Shown: positions 26,327 through 38,154, counted from the first letter of the stretch. The stretch: 64,000 bases of DNA from Eledone cirrhosa (GCA_964016885.1 OZ024743.1:64914001-64978000); one strand, 5' to 3'. Numbers and translations are program-made. Notes: generated from the letters alone by a model not told the origin.

Positions 26327-27218
26327 CAGGGTGCGGACGATATTTGTTCGCAAGATTACTGTCTAGGAAAAAATAACACAGTAATTTTATTTTTTAAGAT
26401 TTATTTATCAAACTTGGGTCAGTTTGTCTTCATGACTTGTTCTTTCGATCTCACTCGATAAATCCGCCATTGGCTTTGATGACGGCCTCAAGGCGGCCTC
26501 GGAACTGGCTACAGGTCTTCGTCAATGTCCTCCGACTTAGGCCCCTAAAGGCACTTGTGATCCTGGCCTTCAGATCGCCTTTCGCATTGCAGCTAGATCT
26601 GTTGGTGTCTTGTTCCACTGTGCCCCACACAAAGAAGTCGAGGGGGTTGCAGTCAGGCGAGCTGGGAGGCCAGATGTCAGGTGAAGTGTGGTCGACGAAG
26701 TTCTCTGACAGCCAGGCTTGGGTCTTTCGGCTGGTATGGCAGGGCGCTGAGTCTTGCTGCCACACGTATGGCCTACTTGCAGCTACCTGGTCGATCCAGG
26801 GCTTTACTACCTCGCTCAGAACGCAGATGTAGCCATCGGTGTTCAGCTTGAGGCCCTCAGGGAAGAAGTGAGGTGGCATGACGTCACCTTGACTGCTGAC
26901 GACACCTAAGACCAATGTTGTCGCTGGAAACTTTGTCTGCATGACTCTGGGCATGTCTTTGGATGAGACAGCGAGCCACCTGTTGTTCTGGGAGTTGATC
27001 TTCTGGTCTTATTTGTCCTCCTGGCGCGGATTCCAAGAAGAACTCCGTGTCTCTTCCACAAATTTGGAGGTTCAAAATTATTCATAATCAATTATTCTGA
27101 AAATAAATAATGGAAATATAGTCACTGTTTTTATGAAGACAAGAGTGACAACGGAAGTAAAAATAATTTGCATAAAATTAGCAGTTGAAAATTGCGAACA
27201 AATATCGTCCGCACCCTG
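26327..27218 (-). mobile_element. Tc1/mariner DD37D (maT-type) transposon, internally deleted
   Basis: Perfect 27-bp TIRs CAGGGTGCGGACGATATTTGTTCGCAA (26327-26353 / 27192-27218) with TA on both sides. ORF 26451-26954 has QQDSAPCH...WPPSSPDCNPLD with 37 residues between the 2nd and 3rd D. The N-terminus is fused to DQKINSQNNRWLA by a deletion near 27010. Confidence 0.92.
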
Positions 27219-27677
27219 TATATGTGTATGGAGGCACATGGCTTAGTGCAATCGAAAGGTTGTGAGTTCGATTCTCAGACCGGGTGATGTGTTGTTTCCT
27301 TGAGCAAGACACTTTATTTCACATTGCTCCAGTTTACTCAGCTGTAGAAATGAGATGATAGGACTGGAGTCCCTATCATTCCACTGCAAAGTGGTCGTGG
27401 AGGTGCCACAGCAAAAAAGCACCCATCACTCACTGTAAATGAGGTTGGTGTTGGGAAGGGCATCCAGCTGTAGAAATCAAGCCAGAATCAGTTCCCGTCC
27501 CACCCTTCCAAGCAGGAAAAAGCGGACGTAAAATGATGATGAGGATGATCATGATGATATATATGTATATATATATGTATATATGTATGTATATGTATAT
27601 ATATATGTGTATGTGTACATATATATGATTGTGTGTGTATATGTGTATCTTATATGTCTATCTGTCTATGCATATAT

Positions 27678-30112
27678 CTATGGATTTTGGTCCATACCTT
27701 GACAGCCTACTGCGACTCTCGGACAGCGAGGCAAAGTTCTGCGAAAAGCCAATTTCAGCCACTGAGATAGGGGACGTGTTGAGCCAATGCGGCAAACGCA
27801 AATCTCCAGATCTCGACAGTCTACCCTACGAATTTTACGTAGCAATGCCGGACTTATTCTCCGGTCTCCTGGAAGCGGTCTACTGCAACTGGCAACAGAA
27901 CGGGAGAAATCCCAGCTCTGTGACCGGGGGCGTAGTCACACTAGTCAGGAAGGACGAGAATAAGGGGGATGACATAGGCAACTTCCGGCCCATAACTCTG
28001 CTAAACACAGAGATACAGATTTTGGCCAACGTGTTGGCAAAGAGGCTGGCGCTTGTCGTCGAGAACCTGGTGGGAGAAGCGCAGACATGCGCAATCCCGA
28101 CCAGGTCCATACACGACAACCTCCACCTCATGCGATACATCATAGAGAGGGTAGGGTGTAAACCCGGCTTCGGTGGGGCCCTGATCAACTTGGATCAGTC
28201 TAAGGCTTTCGATAGGGTTGACCATCGTTACCTGGATGCGGTGCTCGAGGTGGCAGGCTTCGGACCCGTGTTCAGGGGCTGGATTGCTGCAATGCATAAC
28301 AGCAACATCTGCTCAAGGGTTAAGGTGAACGGCTACCTCTCGGAGCCATTCCATATCACGCGATCCATTCGACAGGGATGCCCTCTCTCCTCCCTTCTGT
28401 ACGTATTGACTCTCGAGCCACTACTGCGGAAGTTGGAGCTATTGCAGGGCATCCCTCTGGAACCAGGACTGCGGAAAGCGGCATCGGCCTACGCCGACGA
28501 CGTGACAGTAATGGTGTCGAGTGCCTCGCAAATCAAGGAGGTCGGCACCTTACTGAAAGAATATGAAAGGTTCACAGGAGCGAAGCTGAACCGGACAAGT
28601 CCATCGATTTGCAACTCGCTCGAATCGTGGAGAGGCAAACCGACGCCTTCTGATGGCGTCGTCGGACGCTGGATGGAAGGACCAGTAAAACTGCTCGGGG
28701 TCTGGTTTGGTCCGGACCTCCAGGTGGAGAAGAACTGGAACAAGGTGTCGGCCAAGGTGTTTGCACTCACCCAGAAGTGGGCCGAGTGCAAACTATCATT
28801 GAAAGGTCGAGCGGAGATGGCGAACACTTTTATAGCGTCCGCCATCTACTACCGCTTGACCGTCATGCCTTGTCCAGCCAAAACGCTCGCCAAAATGGAG
28901 CGCGCGCTGTTCCAATTCCTTTGGAAGAGGCGGGCTCCTTTGGTGAGAAGATCCATCTGCTCCAACGCCCTTCCAACAGAGGGCTGGGGATGCCGTGGCT
29001 GACGATGCGCAAACACGCGCTCAGGCTGCAGCATCTCTACGTAATCCTCACCGGACAACCGGTGTGGGCCCCGTTCGTGAGGCAAGCCTTCCCACGACTC
29101 GTCTCGCTAACCGAGCTGCAGTCCTGGGTCAAGCAAAGACCGAGGAAAATGGGCGACTGGCACATCGAATGTGCTCAGGCGCTCACAGCTCTCTGGCAGG
29201 CGGACCCGGTGATCAGTGGAGACTCCACTTCGTCATTCTATAGAGGGTTGATCCGCAGCAAGTGCAACGACATGCTCGGTGAAACTCTGGGCATAGAGGA
29301 AGATGAACTGGCCAGTCTGTTCAGTAGGACCTTCCGCCCGGGACCGATGGACAACTTACAAAAGTCCCTGGCCTGGCAGTGCTACCGAGGAGCTCTACCA
29401 GTTCGAGACAAGCTCTACAGACATGGGCGCCCGGGCAGGGACCCTGCAAAAAAGATCTGTCCGAGGTGCGTACGAGATGAAGAAACCGTCGCGCACGCAT
29501 TCATACACTGCCCGGGCGTCACCGACCTGTGGAGCTATGTGGAACGACTATTGTCGCGGGTGGGACCAATCCAGTTGACCACCGAGTCCATTGTCATGAT
29601 CAAACCGCCACCCTCCTTCAAAAACGAAGGAGAGGCGGTTTTCCTTTGTGTGATAGCTATGGCGAAAGAGGTTGTATGGTGGACAAGGTTGAAAGGGCTG
29701 AGGTCAGACACCTTTCTCTCCGGCCAACAACTGATTCTTTTTTTCAAATACCACTTTGGAAGAAGAATCAGGATGGAGAGAGAGGTGCTGTACCCCAGCA
29801 AGTTTTATGAAAGGTGGGTGAAAGTGGCGAGAATGGCCCGAGTGAATGGGCCTTCTCTCTATATCACCCTGTAGGTTGAGGAAAAAGAGGAGAAGAGGAA
29901 AGGAGTACAAACTCTTCGTACTCCTGGAGATGAGGGTTGCACATTTTTTTTCGGGGGTATGTGTTACCCATATGTAATGTCGCCCCCTATTGGGGAAAAT
30001 CGATTAATTTTTAAATTGCATTTGTGATAATATTTTACACGTTTTTATTGTATGTAAACTTCCTCCTTTGTATTTGTCCCCTTCTTTTGTGCCCCTGTGG
30101 CTAATAAAGAAA
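27678..30112 (+). mobile_element. L1-clade Tx1-like LINE, 5'-truncated ORF2 with 3'UTR
   Basis: RT motifs NFRPITLLN, LDQSKAFDRVDH, RQGCPLS, YADD. C-terminal CPRC-x8-H-x4-C knuckle. Frameshift near 28960. GC-rich against the host. Ends in AATAAAGAAA. Possible TSD CATATAT (27671/30113). Confidence 0.9.
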
Positions 30113-30151
30113 CATATATATTTATGTTACTTTCCATTTGTATCTTTACAG

Positions 30152-30539
30152 GTGGTATAGCCAATGTTTACATTGGTCAACCGCTGGACACAGTCAAAGT
30201 GAAGATGCAAACCTTTCCCACCATGTACAGAAATGCTCTCTATTGTTTTACCGACACATTCAAAAAGGATGGTATTATAAGGGGACTCTATGCTGGCACC
30301 GGGCCCTCACTTGTAGCAAATATATCAGAAAATGCTATACTTTTCTTGTTTTATGGACTTTGCCAGAAGGGAATTGCATTTGTTACAAAACATAGGAAGG
30401 TAGAAGATTTGTCACCTGTGCATAATGCATTTGCCGGAAGTGGTGCTGCTTTTTTCTGTGCATTTGCCCTCTGTCCTACAGAACTTGTCAAATGCCGTCT
30501 ACAGGCCATGCGTGAAATGAAAGGTGGTGCTAGAACAGT
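30152..30539 (+). CDS. SLC25A15: Mitochondrial ornithine carrier, coding exon 2
   Basis: Acceptor tttacAG|. Encodes GGIANVYIGQPLDTVKVKMQTFP...ANISENAILF...CPTELVKCRLQ with two SLC25 Px[DE]xx[KR]x[KR] motifs. Donor GT|GTATGT, phase 2. Confidence 0.93.
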
Positions 30540-31490
30540 GTATGTCCATTATCAATCATTGAAATTTATTTTATTATCCATACTCTTTTTCCAAAAACAG
30601 CTTTTTTTCTTATTTGTTGTGTACTGGGAACATGTTTTATACAGCTGGATGCCCTTCCCATGTGTTTGGTGTTAGGAAGGATACCCAGCTGTAGAAACTA
30701 GGCTCCCAGTACATACTGTAAAGTGGTTGGTATTAAGAACGGTACCTAACTGTAAAAACCAGGTTCCTAGTAGATGTTATTATGTGAAGGCACATGGCTT
30801 AGTGGTTTGAGCATTGGACTTGCAATTGAGAGATTTTGAGTTCAATTCTCAGTTCAGGTGATGTGTTGTGTCTTGAGCAATACACTTTATTTTACATTGC
30901 AATTCATTTCTATAGCTGAGTGAACTGGAGTTCACTCAGCTATAGAAATGAATTGCAATGTCACTGGTGTCAAGCTGTATTGGCCATTGCCTTTCCTTGG
31001 ACAACATTGGTGGAGTGGAGCGGGGAGACTGGTATGTATGGGCGACAAATGGTCTTCCACAAACAAACCTTGCCCAGGCTTGTGCCTAAGAGAAAATCTT
31101 TCTAGGTGCAAAACCATGCTCATTCCTGACTGAGGTCTGCATCCCACTTATGTACAGTCATTATCAAGTGCAGAGAAGTTGACACGTCTTTTGACACAAA
31201 CTGAACGATACTCCTAACCCCTCATTTGGAAAGCTTTCTATGGCTGGATGCCCTTCCTAACACCAATCACATTACAGCATGTCCTGAGTGTTGTTTCATT
31301 GTGAAGATCACCAGCACTAATATATAGATATTTATATATAATTCACATACTTGTATATATACAGCTATGTTGGAGTGAAAACTTTAATTTGACTTTCAAG
31401 CTGAGCCAGTTTGACAGCTCTATATGCAAATGAGGCTAATCAGCCCATTTACATAGGCAAAAAAATATATATATTGTCACCTGTTTCAAA

Positions 31491-31569
31491 TTCCAGCAGA
31501 GAGCAGGAGGACTGATCTGATGACAGCCAGAAACGCGTTTGCAGTTATTCCCCGCTACATCTGCTGGAA
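31491..31569 (+). ncRNA. Minimal hammerhead-like motif in SLC25A15 intron 2
   Basis: CTGATGA (31517-23), CAGCCA, GAAAC-GC-GTT with palindromic AAACGCGTTT, inside an extended stem I (TTCCAGCAGA/TCTGCTGGAA; ACTG/CAGT). The core-proximal pairs are mismatched. Confidence 0.5.
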
Positions 31570-31710
31570 TCCGCTAGACGGCGCTAGCCATCAGCCTTTC
31601 AATATTCATAGCGAGAAGGCTTTCGAAATGTTTATTGATAGATACACCATATATCATTAGATATATAAAATTCACACACTTATACATATTTATATGTTTT
31701 TACTTATCAG

Positions 31711-31883
31711 TGGACCCTGGGCAGTAACCAAAGAGATACTCCATGTTGAAGGAATTCAAGGTTTATACAAAGGATTGACCAGTACTATACTGAGAGAGAT
31801 GCCTGGATATTTCTTCTTCTTTGGAGGTTATGAATTAACTCGGCATATGTTTATACCAAAAGGAGGTACCAAGGAGGATATTG
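31711..31883 (+). CDS. SLC25A15: Mitochondrial ornithine carrier, coding exon 3
   Basis: Acceptor ttatcAG|. Encodes GPWAVTKEILHVEGIQGLYKGLTSTILREMPGYFFFFGGYE, including the RE substrate contact point of ornithine carriers. Donor G|GTAAAG. Confidence 0.93.
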
Positions 31884-32804
31884 GTAAAGTTTATTTTCCT
31901 TTTAACACTTTTAATATCAACACTCCCAAAACTGGCCCTAGTTCTATGAAACAAAACCATCTATTTTAAAGGGTTCCTATTTAAATTAAAATCTTCCAAC
32001 ATAGTTTTATATGAGATTCATATGAAATATGCATCCTTCAAAACTACACCTGATATTCCTCCTCCATACACACACGTGTGTGTCTGTGTATATCATGACT
32101 CATACACTATTCACTTTCTGATATTTGTACATTATTCTTTGTACTATGCATAGTTATGTCCCTTTACGGTCTGAGTTCAAATCCTGCTGAGGTTCACTTT
32201 GCTTTTCATCCTTACGGGGTCGATAAAATAAAGTACCAGTAATGTACTGGTCAATTGCTGGCCTTGTGCCAAAAAAGTAGAAACAATTATTCTTTGTACT
32301 ATACATGCACCTTTGTTGTAGTGCATCTGAGCACTGTACACAATAATTTTCATTATTATAAATTTATCAAGGGCGGTGGATTGGCAGCATCGGTAGAGTG
32401 TCGGACGCCATGCTTTGCAGCATAGAGTTATGGCCCTTTATGATCTGAGTTCAAATCCTGCCGAAGTTAACTTTGCCTTTCATCCTTACGGGGTCAATAA
32501 AATAAAGGACCAGTCATGCACTGGGGTCGATTTAATTGGCTTTCCTCTCCCCCAAAATTGACGGCCTTGTGCCTATACTAAAAATCATTATTATAAATTT
32601 ATCAATCCTGCCGAGGTTAACTTTGCCTTTCATCCTTACGGGGTCGATAAAATAAAGCACCAGTAATGCACTGGGGTCGATTTAACCAACCCCACCTCCC
32701 ACCCACCCACCCAAATAAAAAAATTACTGGCCTTGTGCCTATACTAGAAATCATTATTATAAATTTATCATATTTTAAATATTTTTCTGTTTTCTTCCTT
32801 TCAG

Positions 32805-32966
32805 GTCCAGTAGGAACCATTGTTAGTGGTGGTATTGGTGGACTAGCTCTATGGACGGCCATATTCCCTGCTGATGTGGTGAAATCTAGAATACAAGTTC
32901 AAAGTATTGTTGGTCAAGCAGCTCCATCATTTTTACCAGTATTTCTTGGTATTCTAAAAAACGAAG
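32805..32966 (+). CDS. SLC25A15: Mitochondrial ornithine carrier, coding exon 4
   Basis: Acceptor ctttcAG|. Encodes PVGTIVSGGIGGLALWTAIFPADVVKSRIQV...KNEG (third carrier motif). Donor G|GTTAGT. Confidence 0.93.
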
Positions 32967-33023
32967 GTTAGTAACTTCTGGAGATGTTTCATTTTATTTT
33001 TAATTTTTTGGTTTCAATTTTTC

Positions 33024-33094
<71 letters not shown>

Positions 33095-34199
33095 TTTTGT
33101 CGATAATTATGATTAACAAATTCACAGCTTGGAGATCAGAGTCACTCCAGTAGAGCCACTACTTCTCTGAATTGAGAAATCACAGATCCGATGTGGTTAG
33201 AATGTCTCAGGAAAGAATTGTTGGACAGATTTTATGGGCCAAACCAACCGGCAGGAGACCCAGGGGCAGACCATGAGCAAGATGATTGGATAACATCCAT
33301 GAGCTTGGCTGATCTCGCTTGGTAATCCAGCCGGATCAGTTGGAGATGGTTGCTTCTAACAGGACCCGCTGGAAAGAGTGTTTAAGAACTCAGCCCCCAT
33401 GACCCTCTCAGGAAAATGTAGGCAAAGAAGACAATAAACAATTACCCAGTACACTCTGTAAAGTGATTGGTGATTAAATGTTTGCATAACTTTGGAGAAA
33501 TAACAATTTACTGGGACAAATGTAGGGTTAGAACTCAGGACCTTATGATTGGAAAGTGAACTTCTTGTAATTACATGACTGTTATAAGTAATGAATTGTG
33601 TGTATGTGTGTGTATGTAAATTGTAAAGAGTAAATGGAGATATATATAAATATACAAACACACATGATGTATTATTATGATTGATAATTGTAACATGACT
33701 GAAATAGGAAATACATTGTGTGTTTAAATTTGAATGGGTTACAGACGGTTATATATATATGGATGCCACAGTAAATGTGAGGGTTACTGCTTCCATAGCT
33801 GAACGGAATATACTGGAAACTATCAAATAACTATTTTTTCCAGCCTGTAGTGTTCAAGGTGTTTGGTGGACCACTGACAGCAAAGTTCTTGTTATTGTTG
33901 GCGGCTCGCCTTACCAAGGTGTCAAGCGATGCCCTTGAGGGTACCTGGTTGTTTCGGCACCTTAGCCTCTCCATCACACATGGTAATGCTGCGAGCATGT
34001 TTGCTTGCCTCAAAATTTTCTGTTGACTCTTGAGATGTGATGTGTGACGGATTGTCACACTTGGTGGTGAATTGATGGTTGTTTTTGTTTGTTTTGTTTT
34101 TTATCTTGCTTTGATTATATATTTTTGTGCATTATATTTGTGAGGTTTTTAACAATAATTAATTGTATTAATTAATTATATATATATATGCATCATCAT

Positions 34200-36185
34200 T
34201 AACTGCTACAAGGGTAAAGGTGATGCCCTAGATAGGGGAAACTATAGAGGCATTAAATTAATTGACCAGGTCATGAAGGTCACAGAAAAAGTAATAGCGC
34301 AACTAATCACAGAGTGAATTGATCTAGATGAAATGCAGTTCGGGTTTGTGTCAGGTAAAAGTACAACAGGCGCTCTTTTCATTGTACGACAACTACAGGA
34401 GAAGTACCTAGCTAAAAGTAAACACTTATACTTAGCTTTTGTTGACTTGGAGAAAGCCTTTGACAGAGTACCCCGCTCGATTATCTGGTGGGCCCTTAGA
34501 AAACTAGGTGTTGATGAATGGCTTGTGAGAGCTATAGAAGCCATGTATAAAGAAACAGTCAGCAAGGTTAGAATTAACAACGAATATAGTGAAGAGTTTA
34601 GCGTAAAAGTTGGTGTTCATCAGGGCTCCGTCCTTAGCCCCCTACTATTTATTATTGTCCTTCAGGCTATAACAGAGGAGTTCAAGACCGGCTGCCCATG
34701 GGAACTCCTATATGCAGATGATCTAACGCTCATAGCTGAATCAATGGCTGAACTAGAGAAGAAATTCCAAACATGGAAGCATGTCCTAGAATCAAAAGGC
34801 CTTAAAGTTAACTTGTCTAAGATTAAAGTTCTAGTTTGTAGGAAGGAAAATAGGGCACTGGTCCCATCTGGGAAATGGCCATGCTCAGTGTGTAGGAAAG
34901 GAGTAGGCAGAAACTCCATTTTATGTCCCAAATGCAAAGTATGGGTGCATAAAAGATGTAGTGGGATCACAGGTAAGCTAACTAAGAATATAGATTTTAT
35001 ATGTGGCCAGTGCTCTGGTGCAATAAGTAGCAGCAAGTGCCTACAGAATACTAGCTCATTCCATTGCACAGATGGTTCTATAGAAATAGTGGACAGCTTC
35101 CGTTACCTGGGCGACAAAATCAGCAGTGGGGGAGCGTGCTCTGAAAGTACAATAGCTAGAGTCAGAACGGGATGGAAAAAGTTCAGAGAGCTTATACCAC
35201 TATTGGCCGCTAAAGGGTTCTCTCTAAAAATGAAAGGCAGGCTGTATGATGCCTGCATACGAACAGCAATGTTACATGGCAGTGAGACCTGGGCATTGTG
35301 TGCAGAGGATATACGCAGACTGGAGAGAAACGAAGCTTGCATGCTCCGCTGGATGTGTAATAGTAATATACGTGAACGGCAAAGCATAAACGAACTAAGG
35401 GAGAAATTAGGAATAAGAGGGATCAGATGTTGTTTACTCGAGAGAAGACTACGTTGGTACGGTCACGTGATGCGCATGAAAGACGACAGCTGTATAAAAA
35501 AGTGCAGGGCGATAAAAATAGACGGTAGCCACGGAGTAGGCAGACCCAGAAAAACCTGGGACGACTTGATAAATTCCGACCTCACACACTTACACCTCTC
35601 CAAGACAATGTCATTGGACCGAGATCTTTGGCGCTACACAGTTATACAGAAGACCCGCCTTGCCTAAGTACAAAGCGAAACCTAGTCAGTAGGCACCTCT
35701 AACAAAATACACCCCCGTCCCACTACCCCCACCTCATCCACACCACCCCCTTAAATGTGAAGTTATGTTGGTACCACAACATCAAGTCCAAAACAAATGA
35801 GGTCGTGTAGGTGTCACAACAAAAAAAACACACAGTCCACGCTGTAATGTGGCTGTGTAGGTAACACGGTAAAAACCTCCCAGTACACACTGTAAACGTG
35901 GTTGGTGTTGGGAAAGGCACCCAGCCGTAGAAAACCCACCAGACGTCTAGGTGTCACGACAAAAAACACACAGTCCACGCTGTAATATGGCCGTGTAGGT
36001 AACACGGTAAAAACCTCCCAGTCCACACTGTAAACGTGGTTGGTGTTAGGAAGGGCATCCAGCCATAGAAAACCCACCAGACAGTCCTATACGAGCAGGA
36101 CAACCAATCTTGCCTCAAGTGAGGAAACTCCCGTCCAAACCCATGTAAGTGTGGAAGATGGACGTTAAACGATGATGATGATGAT
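34200..36185 (+). mobile_element. RTE-clade LINE, 5'-truncated, in SLC25A15 intron 4
   Basis: NYRGIKL...QFGF, FVDLEKAFDRVPR, GVHQGSVLSP, YADD, Cys/His finger CSVC...HKRC...CGQC, RRLRWYGHV, GRPRKTW. 3'UTR has an internal duplication and ends GGACGTTAAACGATGATGATG. Confidence 0.92.
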
Positions 36186-36686
36186 ATATATATAATTAGT
36201 ACAGCTTTAGATGAACCCGCTTAGGGTGAAAACAGAAATTCATTGTTTAAACTTTTAATCTGTACTAATTTATATATACTTATACTTATATATATACAAC
36301 CCTTATTGAGCCCTCACTGAATTTTGATCTTTGTATTTATTAGAGGCTCCCATCGGTCATGGTTTTTGCACCTAGAAAGTTTCCCTCTGAGGCACAAGCC
36401 TCACCCATGCACAACGGTCTTCCCTCTCCTCTTCGGTCTTCCCTCCCCTCTTCATGCCACTGATGTTGTTCAAAGGAAATGTAGCAGCCAATACAGCTTG
36501 GCACCAGTGATGTCACAACTCATTTCTACAGCTGAGTAAACTGGAGCAATGTGAAATAAAATATCTTGCTCAAAGACACATCATACGGTCTGAGAATTGA
36601 ACTCACAACCTCTCAATTGCAAGCCCAATGCTCTAACCAGTAAGCCATGCGCCTTCAAATTAGTATTTATCATTTTTATTTATATA

Positions 36687-37540
36687 GGGCGGTGGATTGG
36701 CAGTATCGGTAGAGGGTCGGACGCCATGCTTTGTAGCATAGAGTTACGTCCCTTTACGCTCTGAGTTCAAATCCTGCCGAGGTTAACTTTGCCTTTTATC
36801 CTTATGGGATCGATAAAATAAAGTACCAGTAATGCACTGGGATAATTGCTGGCCTTGTGCCAAAAGTAGAAACAACTATTACTATTTATACAAGCGCGGT
36901 GGATTGGCAGTATCGGTAGAGAGTCGGACAACATGCTTTGCAGCGTAGAGTTACGGCCCTTTATGATCTGAGTTCAAATCCCGCCGAGGTTAACTTTGCC
37001 TTTCATCCTTACGGGGTCGATAAAATAAAGTACCAGTCACGCACTGGGGTCGATTTAATTGACTTTCCCTCCCCCAAAATTGCTAGCCTTGTGCTTATAT
37101 AAGAAACAATTATTACTATTTATATAAGGGCGGTAGATTGGAAGTATCGGTAGAGAGTCGGACAACATGCTTTGCAGCATGAGTTACAGTCTGAGTTCAA
37201 ATCCCGCCAAGGTTAACTTTGCCTTTCATCCTTACAGGGTCGATAAAATAAAACACCAGTAACATATTGGGGTCAATTTAATCAACTTTCTCCTACCCCA
37301 AAATTACTGGCCTTGTGCCTATGCTAGAAATCATTATTACTATTTATAGGCGGTGGATTGGCAGTATCAGTAGAGGGTCGGACGCCATGCTTTGACGCAT
37401 AGAGTTACGGCCCTTGCCATTCTGAGTTCAAATCCCGCCGAGGTTAACTTTGCCTTTCATCCTTACGGGGTCGATAAAATAAAGTACCAGTAATGTACTG
37501 GGTAATTTCTGGCCTTGTGCCAATAGTAGAAACAATTATT
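36687..37540 (+). mobile_element. Four head-to-tail copies of tRNA-derived SINE family 1 (dozens of dispersed copies in the window)
   Basis: Each copy has GGCGGTGGATTGGCAGTATCGGTAGAG (A-box-like), GAGTTCAAATCC (B box), GCCTTTCATCCTTACGGGGTCGATAAAATAAAGTACCAG and GCCTTGTGCC...ATTATT. Starts near 36687, 36893, 37128 and 37349. Confidence 0.9.
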
Positions 37541-37759
37541 ACTATTTATATATATAGTAATTAATGAATAATTTGCTTCACACGTAATTATGTTTTAAAA
37601 CAATAGGATTTTGTGTAGATGCTTGTTTGGAAAATGTTTCAAGTAAGTTTGATAGATAGCCTTATGTACTGTTTATTATAATATATTACTGTTTTAACTT
37701 CCCCATCTTCTTCTTTCCAGTTTTTATATTTAAAAATGATATTCTTTATATATATTTAT

Positions 37760-38108
37760 GGAGGCACATGGCTTAGTGGTTAGAGCATTGGGCTTGCAAT
37801 CGAAAGGTTGTGAGTTCAATCCTCAGACCGGGTGATGTGTTGTTTCCTTGAGCAAGACACTTTATTTCACATTGCTCCAGTTTACTCAGCTGTAGAAATG
37901 AGATGATAGGGACTGGGGTCCATATCATTCCACTGCAAAGTGGTCGTGGAGGTGCCACGGCAAAAAAAGCACCCAGCACTCACTGTAAATGAGGTTGGTG
38001 TTAGGAAGGGCATCCAGCTGTAGAAATCAAGCCAGAATCAGTTCCCGTCCCACCCTTGCAAGCAGGGAAAAGCGGACGTAAAAATGAAATGATGATGAAA
38101 AAATGAAA

Positions 38109-38110
<2 letters not shown>
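37760..38110 (+). mobile_element. tRNA/CORE-like SINE family 2 with RTE-derived tail; near-identical copy at 27230-27556
   Basis: TGGCTTAGTGG A box, GAGTTCAATCC B box, CORE-like CCTTGAGCAAGACACTTTATTTCAC, then the RTE 3'UTR and (ATG)n. Heads with other tails at ~19503-19840 (-), ~30788-31090, ~36350-36655 (-), ~63496-63760. Confidence 0.82.

Positions 38111-38154
<44 letters not shown>

Noticed and set aside
30097-30675. 192-aa ORF as a standalone gene
   Set aside because: Exon 2 of SLC25A15 with intronic read-through on both sides. The same applies to ORFs at 31694, 32666 and 38392.
36687-37850. A/B-box sequences as tRNA genes
   Set aside because: No cloverleaf; they are SINE heads followed by SINE bodies and tails.
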